Shown one piece after another: positions 8,770 to 17,934 of a stretch of 28,140 bases of DNA (positions are counted from its first letter, which is position 1; each line of letters begins with the position of its first letter). Where the stretch lies: positions 1 to 28,140 of IMG/VR virus record IMGVR_UViG_3300025277_000115; one strand, written 5' to 3'. A program made the translations under genes and the position numbers. This DNA comes from a virus (Duplodnaviria; Caudoviricetes). Below the pieces are notes generated by a model. It made no database searches, had not been told where the DNA came from, and worked only from the letters and a program-made list of their open reading frames with translations.

Positions 8770-10839
8770 ATGGTTGAATTTAGTATATCAGAGGGATCGT
8801 TTAACCCTGTCGCTGCAACCGAGGATACTCGTAGCTTCGGTGATGTGTCGGCTGGGTTACTTCCCCCTGCGCCTAAAGGACCTGAAATACCACCTGTTGG
8901 GTTCGACGAGATTACCAACACGGTCTTCGTCAATGGGTTTAAGTTTGACGCCGCTGACCATGACTCAGCGTTGAGGTCGAAGGAAGCTATGTCTGGGCCA
9001 CTGGTGCCTATGCCCCAGAACTACCGTCCTGTGGATGTGGAGGAGTTCGGTAAGTATATCAATCGTATCCAAGACCCATCTATCGGGCGCATCATCAAGA
9101 AGAACTTCGGCATAGGTGTCGATAATCTTCAGTTACTAGGTGGACGCGGGTTGCAGTATCTTGACCCTGCTCTGCCCTTTGATGCCAACAAAGCTGGTCA
9201 GAAGATTGTTGATGAGCAGATCGAAGACCTTCGTTTTACCCAGCCCTACCAACGGCTGTTCACCGACATCGACTCAGCCGGTGGTGCCGTCGAGTGGTTC
9301 ATAGCTAACCTAGCGCAGCAAGGCCCTATGCTTATCGAGTCTGCACTGTCGGCTATAGCTGGCGGTATTGTTGGTGGTCTCGTAGGTGGCGGGCCTAATC
9401 CTTTCACTGCTGTAGGTGGCGCGTTCTTAGCCCTCAGTGGTAAGGCTGCTGTTAAGAAAGCAGTTATTGAGGCTGCTAAGAAACACGCTGCTGGAGAAAC
9501 GCTGGACATAGCAGAGGAGAAGTTACTTCGTGAAGTAGCTAGTGGTGCCGTTGCCAGAGAACTTAAAACCAATGCCAAGAAGATATCTCCTGTCATCCTT
9601 AGTAAAGAAGGCGTTATTAAAGATTTTCTCGGTGAGGCAGGTCTTGTTCGCGGTAGTGCAGAGGCACTTAAGCGCGGTAAGCTGCAGGCTAGGATAGGCG
9701 GCGCTATAATAGGACGTTACGTTAACAGTGTAGGTATTGGTGTCTCTGATATATACGGCGAGCAGATAGAATCCGGTACGGAAAATCGTGGTAGAGCTTT
9801 TTTGTTAGCCATCCCTTACGGATTAGCTGAATCTATACCTGAATTGCTAGGTCTCGGATTCTTTATTAGGGGTGGTAAAAGCTTAGCGACAAGTGTCTCC
9901 AAGGCTGGCCGCAGGACCAAGTTCAAAGCCGCTAAAGCCGCTGGTGTTCGGGCACTCAAGCGTACCGGACGCGCAGCGGCTGGAGGCGGTATTGCTGCAT
10001 TTGGCGAGGGTACTACTGAAGCTTTCCAAGAGGCTCTTCTTCTTAGTCAGAACCCTGAGGTTGACGCTGGGTCAGCGGAAGGTATTAACCGCCTTATCAA
10101 TTCCTTCGCCGCTGGTGCGGGTGTAGGCGGTGCCATAGGTGTGGTTGGTGGGGCTGTTAGAGGTAGAGGAGCCCTTGAAGGTGATAACAAGGATATCCTT
10201 AATCCTGATGTGAGGATTGGTCCTGCGCTACTTGAAGGCCCGGACACGCCATTACAACTCGAAGACCGACGACCTCCTTCTGAGCCTATATTACAAGGGG
10301 GGCCGGTAGCACCTGTTGAACCTGCTGCACCTGCTGCACCTCCGGCTCCTGTGCCCCCTGCTCCTACACCTATCACGCCTACTGCACCTGATGTAGACGT
10401 AGATTTCCTACCGGGAGCAGGTCCGGTAGAGACTCAGGCATTCCTAGCTGCACAGGAACCACTTGTTAACCCCGCTATCGCTACGGCCCCTGTTACGCAA
10501 CAGAGAAACCTAGTACGGGAACGGTTTGAACGAGATGCTGCTGTGGCTGCTATGCCTATCCAAGGTGAATTGCCTATTACACCTGTCGCGCAGGAGATAC
10601 CTCCTATTGGCTTCCCAGCGGCTGTACCTGCGCTACAGGGACGGGTTGACCCGAGCTTCATTCCCCCTTCTCAGATCGAACTGCCGGGCGCTCAGAACCC
10701 ACTACGCCCTACGGTTAGGGGAGAGGAAGCCCTCTTCGTTAATGGTCGTGCCGTTCCAGTTAGGCAGTTGCTGGAGAAGTCCGAACAGCGTAAAGAAGCA
10801 CTTGAAGAACTGCATAATTGCCTATCTAAGAAAGGATAA
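8770..10839 (+). CDS. Internal virion / ejection protein with Gly-rich membrane segments
   Basis: 689 aa. Hydrophobic Gly-rich helices (AIAGGIVGGLVGGG, AAGAGVGGAIGVVGG), EGTTEAFQE motif of the kind seen in N-terminal parts of large phage polyvalent proteins, Pro-rich tail, ends LHNCLSKKG. Confidence 0.65.
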   Translation: MVEFSISEGSFNPVAATEDTRSFGDVSAGLLPPAPKGPEIPPVGFDEITNTVFVNGFKFDAADHDSALRSKEAMSGPLVPMPQNYRPVDVEEFGKYINRIQDPSIGRIIKKNFGIGVDNLQLLGGRGLQYLDPALPFDANKAGQKIVDEQIEDLRFTQPYQRLFTDIDSAGGAVEWFIANLAQQGPMLIESALSAIAGGIVGGLVGGGPNPFTAVGGAFLALSGKAAVKKAVIEAAKKHAAGETLDIAEEKLLREVASGAVARELKTNAKKISPVILSKEGVIKDFLGEAGLVRGSAEALKRGKLQARIGGAIIGRYVNSVGIGVSDIYGEQIESGTENRGRAFLLAIPYGLAESIPELLGLGFFIRGGKSLATSVSKAGRRTKFKAAKAAGVRALKRTGRAAAGGGIAAFGEGTTEAFQEALLLSQNPEVDAGSAEGINRLINSFAAGAGVGGAIGVVGGAVRGRGALEGDNKDILNPDVRIGPALLEGPDTPLQLEDRRPPSEPILQGGPVAPVEPAAPAAPPAPVPPAPTPITPTAPDVDVDFLPGAGPVETQAFLAAQEPLVNPAIATAPVTQQRNLVRERFERDAAVAAMPIQGELPITPVAQEIPPIGFPAAVPALQGRVDPSFIPPSQIELPGAQNPLRPTVRGEEALFVNGRAVPVRQLLEKSEQRKEALEELHNCLSKKG

Positions 10840-10843
10840 CGAC

Positions 10844-11290
10844 ATGGCTTCAATTCAACATCTCGTAGACTCTCATGCGATCACTGCTAACCAGGCTGTC
10901 GCTACGCGTGGTAAAATTCATAAACTCCCCGATAACTGCAAAGGTCTGACTGCTGAAGTCGTCTTTGTCGATGGTGGGGGTGGCGGCACGATTGATGTGT
11001 ATATCCAAACCAGTATGGACAGCCTCGGTAGCACTACTGTAGGCCGCGCACCACAGGTCTGGTTCGACGTCATGGCTTTCCACTTCACCACTGCGGCGGC
11101 ACGTAAAATCCTCAAGGTGCGTGAAGAGACAGCTATCGTGGCTTCTGTAACGGAGGCTGATGGAGCTTTAACCGACGACACGGCTGTCTCGGGCATCATC
11201 GGTTCACATGTCCGTGCTCGCATCGTATCAGCAGGTACAGCGTACTCCTCTGGAACCTCCATTGATGTTTATCTGAGGATCGAAGACTAA
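10844..11290 (+). CDS. 148-aa predicted beta-sandwich hypothetical protein
   Basis: AAGGA at 10832-10836 and ATG 10844 just after the upstream stop. Beta-strand pattern TIDVYIQTSMD...WFDVMAF...VRARIV...IDVYL. The track start at 10526 is an unlikely overlap extension. Confidence 0.75.
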   Translation: MASIQHLVDSHAITANQAVATRGKIHKLPDNCKGLTAEVVFVDGGGGGTIDVYIQTSMDSLGSTTVGRAPQVWFDVMAFHFTTAAARKILKVREETAIVASVTEADGALTDDTAVSGIIGSHVRARIVSAGTAYSSGTSIDVYLRIED

Positions 11291-11301
11291 GGTAACTCGG
11301 T

Positions 11302-14300
11302 ATGGCCAGTTGCAGTATTAAAGCTCTTAGTTCTGCAGATAAGAGAGCGTATACCGCAGTCGCAAAGCGTAAAGGGGTTACGCTTAAAGCGGCTAGGATC
11401 GCCCGTGTGGAAAAGCTATTGGATGCTGCCATTGCTGAGCATGATGCACTTATAGCTCATGTGCAGGGAGTCTACCCCGGTCTGATTAATACCGAGGGTG
11501 TGTTCTTGGAGGACCTCAGGGCACAGGAGTTTGACGCTGGACAATTAGAACTCGATTTACGGGCCCCGGTTAAGAAGAAAGCTAAGGCTAAGGAGAAGAA
11601 AGATGGTGTTCGGGGCAAAGAAAAAGAAACCAAAGCTAGGGCTGAGAAGCCAAGCCCAGCAAAAGTTCTTAAAAAGGGAAAAGCCAAAGGTTCTGAGCCA
11701 GCTCCAAAAAGAGAGGCCAAGCCCACAGTCGCTGCCGCAAAGGATAAAACAAAAGCCCCCCGCCCAAAAGCGCCCAAGGAAGAAAGTCAGCCCGCTAGAG
11801 AGAAAAAGCCGAAGCAAGCTGAGCGGGCGGAGCCAGTACCCCCTAGGGTAGATAAGGACGAGGTGTTTATAGCCACTGATGAGTGGCAGCATTTTCCTAA
11901 AGATGCTATCGCTCCTGCTGGTGTAGAATTTAGGTTAAGCTTGACTGATGAGGACCAGCGCGAGATACGTTTAATTCAGCCTGCTAAAGAAGAAGAGCCA
12001 ATACCCACTAGGGTAGCACCAGCAGTAGAGGCCACAGTCTTACCGACTGCGGAGGTGACTGCTAAAGCAGCACCCGTAGAGGCTTCGTCTGAGGTAGTTG
12101 CTATGGTTGACATCATAGAAACTGCGTCAGGGCAAGAGAAGGCCGACGCCATTGCTGACCTCCTCCATGCTGCGTTGGTGGAGGATACATCGGGGGTGGT
12201 GGAGGATACCTCTGGTGCGCTTGATCTTGCTAACAGGTATGATCTGTTATGGGACCCCGCAAACAGAGAGCTTACTATAGCTTCGTTCATTGAGGTTCTG
12301 CAGACCCTGTATGCCGACAAGAAGAACGTCACCTTCAAGCATCAGCAGGCCATGTGGGACTTCGCCATTCAGCACGACATGTTCCGTGACGCTTATATCG
12401 CTGTCACCTCAGGTGGCCAAGGCATCGAGGGGTTCACACCTACTAATCCTAAAGCGACTATGATCGCCAAGCTTAGCGAAAGGGGTATCGCGGACGTTCT
12501 TATAAGTGAGGACCGCACCGCTACTGACAAACTCATTCATCTGCTTAATAAGCTGTTCGGGTATGAGGAAGACTTGCATTTCAGCGGGCATACTGTGGAT
12601 GCGCTTAAGAATGCCAACAAGATGATAGATATCCACATCAAGGCAGGGGCCAACCTTTCGAAGGACTTCGTACCCGATACCAAGTTATCTGCCATGCTTA
12701 AGGACGGTAAGCTCGCATGGCTACCTTTCGAGGGGTCTAAAACACTCAAGGTTATCGCCACGCCCAAGGGCTTTAATTCTGCAGATATCATCGTTGCTGA
12801 AATGGATGGGCCCAAGGGACGTACTAAGATTTTCGACAACAGGCACAAGCCAATTACCAAGCCGTTATCGCTTGGTGTTGTGAAACCCATCGTCGCCAAG
12901 ATGATGGACAAGTTCAACGCGAAGGTCCGGCCTAAGCATCGCACATACAAGAACGTCGCGGAACTACAGCGCAAAGACCCGGACATCTATCAAGAGGCTA
13001 TCGACTCACGTCCTGACGGCAATCCCATACCAGCTATCGCAGCGGGCTATGCCTTTGGTAATCGCATCCTCATCTTCAGCGACAACATAGGGACCCGGCA
13101 AGAGCTGACGTTCACCGTTCTACATGAAGTTATAGGGCACTTTGGCCTCGGCTCCCTCATGCCTACTGAGGATTTCCACACCCTGTTGGATGAGATATAC
13201 GAGAGCGATCCCATGATACGCCGCGAGGCCGATAAGCTCATGGGTAAGACTCCTAGCGGCCTGACACGCCGTTCGTTCCTCCAGGGGACTGCTAGTGTTG
13301 TCGGCACTGCGGCTGCTGGACCACTAGCCAAGCTCAATCCTATTGCTAAGGCTATCCTCGCAGCACGTAAGATCGGTATCGACTTCGACGCCAAGATTGA
13401 TGCTGATGGAAACCTTCTTTCGTTCACACCGATAAGGCAGATACTGGATGGCTACTTCGACTACGATGCGACAAACCAAGACTATGTAAAAGAGTACCTC
13501 AACGTCGATGTTGCCTTTGATAATAAGTGGGATAATACAGCCTTCGCTAACGAGGTAGAAGCAGAAGACCACGATTGGATGCTGTATGAGGATCACCTAG
13601 AGATGTGGTCCCCTGATAGCCGTGTCTCCAAGCCCGTCGTAAACAAAGCAGAGAATGCTGCTATCGACAAAGTCTATAAAGCCATCGCCAACCAAGGGGG
13701 GTTCAAGGGGTTCACTAAATCTTGGGTAAAGATAACTGACTCCATCAAATTCTTGGACGCTATCCGTCAAGAGACAGATTTATTCTCTGAGCAACAGGAG
13801 AAGTTCAGACAAGCAGACAAACTCAAGCGTGGCAAGAAAGCTAGGACCTCTCGGACCACACAATACGGTGAAAAAACTGACATCGGCAGGCTAGAACGCT
13901 ACGAAGCTATTGAGGAAGCACTGGCTGACCGTGCCGCTGAGCTGAACAATTCTATCATCCAGAAAATTTGGAACGCCATACGAGAGTTCTTCCGTATCAT
14001 AGGCTTTGAGTCTAACGAGGACGCGACACGCTATTTCATTAGCCAGTCACTGCGTTACCAGCGTACAGGTCAGGTACCTGATGCCTCCGCACCAGCCGTT
14101 TACCAAAACCTTAAGGTACTTAGCGAACGGTACATCGAGGGACGGGCTAGCGTACCTGATAGTGGTGAGCGGACTGCAGAGAGCACGACTAACTTACACG
14201 AACAAGTTCTCAAGAAACAGAAGCTGGGCCGGGCCCGGGGTCTCAGTGCGCGGACTTTCTTCGAGCGGGTACAGCAGACCTTCGAGCGTGCGATTGCACA

Positions 14301-17300
14301 GAGGAGTATCAGCCCGCTACTGAGGGGCTCATGGCGCGGGCTCAAGAAGGCGGCTGAGCATATCCAGACCATGAACAACCTAGCCATCTGGAGTGAGGGG
14401 ATGGAGAAGCTGTACCGTGCTTTCGTCGATCAGGCTCAGGAGGTCAGCCACCTCAAGACCAAGTATATTAACGCCACCGAGTTTACCAACAGGGTAGACA
14501 GTAAGGTGGCTAAGGCTTTGGGATTACAGAGAGATGATGTGCCTTCCAAAGAGGACTTAGAGCAGGCTAACCGTGGGCTTGAGATATGGTTGTTCGGTAA
14601 GCTGGATATCACCCCTGAAGAACTGGAAAAATTACCCGGCCTTACTGAGTATGACACTACAGGTGCCAAAGTTCTTAGCGAAGCTGGCATCAAAGCTGTC
14701 AAGAACGTAGGGAACATGACCCGTGAGCAGATTAACGCTGGTGTTCAGATACCCATGCTAGATGATGCGACTGGTAAGCCCGCCATAGATAAAGATGGCA
14801 AGCTTATCACTGAGCCTCTAAAACCGGATGCCCCCCTCTCAGAAAACGCTTGGCGGATCATCGAAGAAACCCGCACTGCCGTTGACCAAGCTGCACTGGA
14901 CGTACACATCAACCATGTCAATGGCGTTATCAAGAACCAGAAGCACCTGCTTGACCGTATGGACAAGGACAACAAGGCTTTGACACAAGCCGATACGAGG
15001 ATCATCCAAGAGATACTGGCTGTGTACACTAAGTTGTACAACGGGACATCAGCTCACCAAGCCAAGTTAGTAGACAGCGATGGTAAGCCTGTAGATGAGA
15101 AGGCCGTCTTGCAGGGTAAGGGAATGAAATGGCAGAAGGATGCTAAGGACAGAGCTAAGCGGTTCCTCCACAACACCCTGCGGGTGCTTGATTCCAATGG
15201 GTCCAACCTCAAGCTACAGGACTGGACTGGTAACTTCGCTGATGAAAAAGATCGGAAGAATATGGAGGAGTTCGTAATCAGCACCGACCCAGAGATACAG
15301 GCGATCATCGCCAAGCTGCCGCAGCTTGGTAAGGATAAGCAGGGGGCCAAGATCAACGGTGGTAAAATCCAGAATATCATCGCGAATATACATGTAACTA
15401 ATAGCGACTTGACCAACTCCGAACTGTACGCCAAGCACACCATCGCCACTGCGTACGTCCCATTGGTTCGCCGTGGTAACTACCAAGTGCGGGTGCAGGC
15501 TTTCGATAAGGACGGCAACCCGTTACGTCTAACTGATACGTTGCAAGCTGGATTACTGTACACACGGACTAACAACTTCGAGGAAGCTGAAGCCCTAGCA
15601 GAAGAATTGTCTGCTATCCTAGCTAAGTCCAAGGCCGTGGACGGGGTACTCGACTCGGATGGTACCATACAGGATGGTGTGACTTTCCAAGCCATAAATG
15701 AATCGGCCCTAGAGTCCGCACCACTGGCTGGTATCCTAGATTACAGTGAGATATTCCATACTTTGTTGCGTGCGGGAATCGAACTCAATGCGATTGACCG
15801 CGAGAAACTTATTGAGCTAGTAGCGACACAGAATAGCACCGCCAGACATAATCTCAGGCGTCAGTCAGTCCCCGGGTGGGACCCGCAAATACATCGTGGC
15901 GTACGGGAACATCTTGAGCGGCAGGCCAACATCGCTGCGAAGAACCTATTCCAGCATGTCATATCTGATACGTTGACTACCGACGATAGTATATGGTTCG
16001 GCAACCAAGAAGAGGTTACCAAATCGCAAGCAAAGTTCGTCGCTGCGGTAGCTACTGACAACGAGGCTGCTATCTTCGAGGCTAAGAGAGATATGGATCA
16101 GAGACAGGCACGCCTTGTTCAAGCCTCTGGCCTTAAGAAGATAAAGACTCTCTCATTAGATAAAGACGGTAACGTCATTACGACATTTAAAGAAGGGAGA
16201 GGGCTGGCTCAACATTACCTAAGTAAAGCCACCAACATGGTAGGTGCCTACACCGCTGCTCACGGTATGCCCGCTGTCACTGGCGACCAGCTAGTGGGTA
16301 CAGTGTCCAGTATCTTCATGACAGTAACCGCCGCTGCCCATCTAGGCGGTGCGTTAGCTCCTGCGGCCATCAATGTAACGTCTATTATCACTCATGCCGC
16401 GCCTTACCTCGCTACCTATAATCCGAAGACGGGGTATGGTGGTGGGCATGGTATGCAAGCTGCACTACAGGCTCTCTTCCAAGCTGGCTCTGACCTCTCA
16501 TTATTCAAAGACGGTTCGCAAGACAGGACGGGCAGTGCGAAAGCGATACAAGCGATCATCGACGAGGGTGAAGATACTCTACTATCCAAGTACGGCCTGA
16601 CTATGGATGAGGCTGAGATGCTGTTGGACAAGACGTTCAAGGGTGTACTCACCGCTAACATTACCAACGTCCTCACAGGCACAGGCAACATCGGCAAGGG
16701 CGACAGCCGCGCCATTAAGCTGATGGAGAACTGGATGTTCTTGTTCACCAAGACGGAGCAATACAACAGGCGTGTTACTGCCTTGGCTACCTACCGTCTG
16801 GAGAAGGCTCGTATGTTAGTCGCCAACGAAGGTAGCGCTTTAACTACCAAGCAACAGGAACAACTTTCAGAGCGTGTGGATGCCGCCGTTGATTTCTCAC
16901 AGGGCAATTACGAGAAGTTCAACCATCCCTCCATAGCGCAGGGACCAATGCTCAGGTACCTGTGGATATACAAACAGTTCCAAGCCATCACCATCCAGTT
17001 GATGCGCCACCTAGGTCACAAGGAGAGGGCCCAGTTCCTGGCGTTCTTCATCCTGACCGCTGGCCTCAAGGGCATACCTTTCGAGGAGGACTTCGCTGAT
17101 CTAGTGGACACCATCATGCAGAGGTTCGGCATTGACTGGAATGGTCTTGAGGGGGAGATGTCTGAAATCTTTGAGAGCCTCGGCATACCTGCTGGCTTGG
17201 CGATGCGTGGCCCCATCGACTACTATTTTGGCATCACCTACTCAACTCGTATCAGCCAGTCCAACGTCATCCCCGGCACAGGGTTCTTCAAGGCGGGAGC

Positions 17301-17934
17301 TGCCAAGGCAAGGGAGGCGGCTGACATCATCGGCCCTGTATTGAGTGCATGGGATGGTGTATTCAATTCAGCGGGTACGGCAGGAGAATATCTTTTAGAG
17401 ACTGTGGGCCTCAAGCCTGACGTCACGACGGCGGGCGATGTACTGCGTACAGGCGCAGGGTTGTCGGCGTTGAAGAATTACGCTAAGGGCATCACCTATT
17501 TCATCGACGGGACTATCACTAATGACCGGGGGCAGGTGGTGTCCCATGATGCGGGGCTCATGACTGTCCTGTTCCAGATGATGGGCTTCTACCCCGGCGC
17601 AGCCACTGCCCAGTACGATGTGAACCGTATCGGCAGTGACGTAGCGGCGTACAACAAGGCACTCGTCAAAGGCTATACGGACGCATACAACAAGACTGAC
17701 AGGGCTGGTAGGCGTAGGATTAGGCGGCAGGTGCGTGAGTGGAACAAGAATGTAGGTCGGAGGAGCCCGCTTTACATAAGCGATTTCGGTGACAAGGTCA
17801 GGCGGTCTAGTAAGGCGGCGAAGCAATCATCCGTTGAGCGTTCCATCAAGGCTCTACCTAAGTCCGTTAAACCTTTCGCTAAACGGATAGCCAGGGGCAG
17901 GGGGCTTGACCCTAGGGGTCTGGAGATTGAGTAG
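11302..17934 (+). CDS. Large polyvalent / ejection protein (2210 aa): zincin-like metallopeptidase plus PLxRFG-type C-terminal region
   Basis: TAAGGT RBS, Lys/Pro-rich linker, LHEVIGHFGL at 13120-13149, downstream EAIEEALA, YVPLVRRGNY near 15454-15483 (PLxRFG variant), C-terminal EQYNRRVTALATYRL...SQGNY...YKQF...AGLKGIPF. Confidence 0.8.
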   Translation: MASCSIKALSSADKRAYTAVAKRKGVTLKAARIARVEKLLDAAIAEHDALIAHVQGVYPGLINTEGVFLEDLRAQEFDAGQLELDLRAPVKKKAKAKEKKDGVRGKEKETKARAEKPSPAKVLKKGKAKGSEPAPKREAKPTVAAAKDKTKAPRPKAPKEESQPAREKKPKQAERAEPVPPRVDKDEVFIATDEWQHFPKDAIAPAGVEFRLSLTDEDQREIRLIQPAKEEEPIPTRVAPAVEATVLPTAEVTAKAAPVEASSEVVAMVDIIETASGQEKADAIADLLHAALVEDTSGVVEDTSGALDLANRYDLLWDPANRELTIASFIEVLQTLYADKKNVTFKHQQAMWDFAIQHDMFRDAYIAVTSGGQGIEGFTPTNPKATMIAKLSERGIADVLISEDRTATDKLIHLLNKLFGYEEDLHFSGHTVDALKNANKMIDIHIKAGANLSKDFVPDTKLSAMLKDGKLAWLPFEGSKTLKVIATPKGFNSADIIVAEMDGPKGRTKIFDNRHKPITKPLSLGVVKPIVAKMMDKFNAKVRPKHRTYKNVAELQRKDPDIYQEAIDSRPDGNPIPAIAAGYAFGNRILIFSDNIGTRQELTFTVLHEVIGHFGLGSLMPTEDFHTLLDEIYESDPMIRREADKLMGKTPSGLTRRSFLQGTASVVGTAAAGPLAKLNPIAKAILAARKIGIDFDAKIDADGNLLSFTPIRQILDGYFDYDATNQDYVKEYLNVDVAFDNKWDNTAFANEVEAEDHDWMLYEDHLEMWSPDSRVSKPVVNKAENAAIDKVYKAIANQGGFKGFTKSWVKITDSIKFLDAIRQETDLFSEQQEKFRQADKLKRGKKARTSRTTQYGEKTDIGRLERYEAIEEALADRAAELNNSIIQKIWNAIREFFRIIGFESNEDATRYFISQSLRYQRTGQVPDASAPAVYQNLKVLSERYIEGRASVPDSGERTAESTTNLHEQVLKKQKLGRARGLSARTFFERVQQTFERAIAQRSISPLLRGSWRGLKKAAEHIQTMNNLAIWSEGMEKLYRAFVDQAQEVSHLKTKYINATEFTNRVDSKVAKALGLQRDDVPSKEDLEQANRGLEIWLFGKLDITPEELEKLPGLTEYDTTGAKVLSEAGIKAVKNVGNMTREQINAGVQIPMLDDATGKPAIDKDGKLITEPLKPDAPLSENAWRIIEETRTAVDQAALDVHINHVNGVIKNQKHLLDRMDKDNKALTQADTRIIQEILAVYTKLYNGTSAHQAKLVDSDGKPVDEKAVLQGKGMKWQKDAKDRAKRFLHNTLRVLDSNGSNLKLQDWTGNFADEKDRKNMEEFVISTDPEIQAIIAKLPQLGKDKQGAKINGGKIQNIIANIHVTNSDLTNSELYAKHTIATAYVPLVRRGNYQVRVQAFDKDGNPLRLTDTLQAGLLYTRTNNFEEAEALAEELSAILAKSKAVDGVLDSDGTIQDGVTFQAINESALESAPLAGILDYSEIFHTLLRAGIELNAIDREKLIELVATQNSTARHNLRRQSVPGWDPQIHRGVREHLERQANIAAKNLFQHVISDTLTTDDSIWFGNQEEVTKSQAKFVAAVATDNEAAIFEAKRDMDQRQARLVQASGLKKIKTLSLDKDGNVITTFKEGRGLAQHYLSKATNMVGAYTAAHGMPAVTGDQLVGTVSSIFMTVTAAAHLGGALAPAAINVTSIITHAAPYLATYNPKTGYGGGHGMQAALQALFQAGSDLSLFKDGSQDRTGSAKAIQAIIDEGEDTLLSKYGLTMDEAEMLLDKTFKGVLTANITNVLTGTGNIGKGDSRAIKLMENWMFLFTKTEQYNRRVTALATYRLEKARMLVANEGSALTTKQQEQLSERVDAAVDFSQGNYEKFNHPSIAQGPMLRYLWIYKQFQAITIQLMRHLGHKERAQFLAFFILTAGLKGIPFEEDFADLVDTIMQRFGIDWNGLEGEMSEIFESLGIPAGLAMRGPIDYYFGITYSTRISQSNVIPGTGFFKAGAAKAREAADIIGPVLSAWDGVFNSAGTAGEYLLETVGLKPDVTTAGDVLRTGAGLSALKNYAKGITYFIDGTITNDRGQVVSHDAGLMTVLFQMMGFYPGAATAQYDVNRIGSDVAAYNKALVKGYTDAYNKTDRAGRRRIRRQVREWNKNVGRRSPLYISDFGDKVRRSSKAAKQSSVERSIKALPKSVKPFAKRIARGRGLDPRGLEIE
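12178..12219 (+). repeat. Diverged 21-bp tandem duplication encoding VEDTSGV/VEDTSGA
   Basis: gtggaggatacatcgggggtg followed by gtggaggatacctctggtgcg. Differences are mostly synonymous. Confidence 0.85.

Noticed and set aside
10526-10843. 106-codon upstream extension of the 148-aa ORF overlapping the 689-aa gene (possible frameshift fusion)
   Set aside because: No clear slippery heptamer. The extension reads like an off-frame translation of a Pro-rich tract, and ATG 10844 has its own RBS.
10840-11301. Intron or spliced insertion joining the in-frame 689-aa and 2210-aa genes
   Set aside because: The interval is almost fully occupied by an ORF with no room for group I/II structure, both genes have normal stop/RBS signals, and frame identity has a 1-in-3 chance.
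11570-11830. A-rich, Lys/Pro/Ala-rich stretch as a separate histone-like gene or repeat element
   Set aside because: It is in frame within the 2210-aa ORF with no discrete repeat unit, and is best read as a disordered linker.
7047-17826. Numerous 60-180 aa antisense ORFs opposite the virion genes
   Set aside because: They lie wholly opposite long, motif-bearing genes, lack recognisable motifs, and are expected shadows of codon bias.
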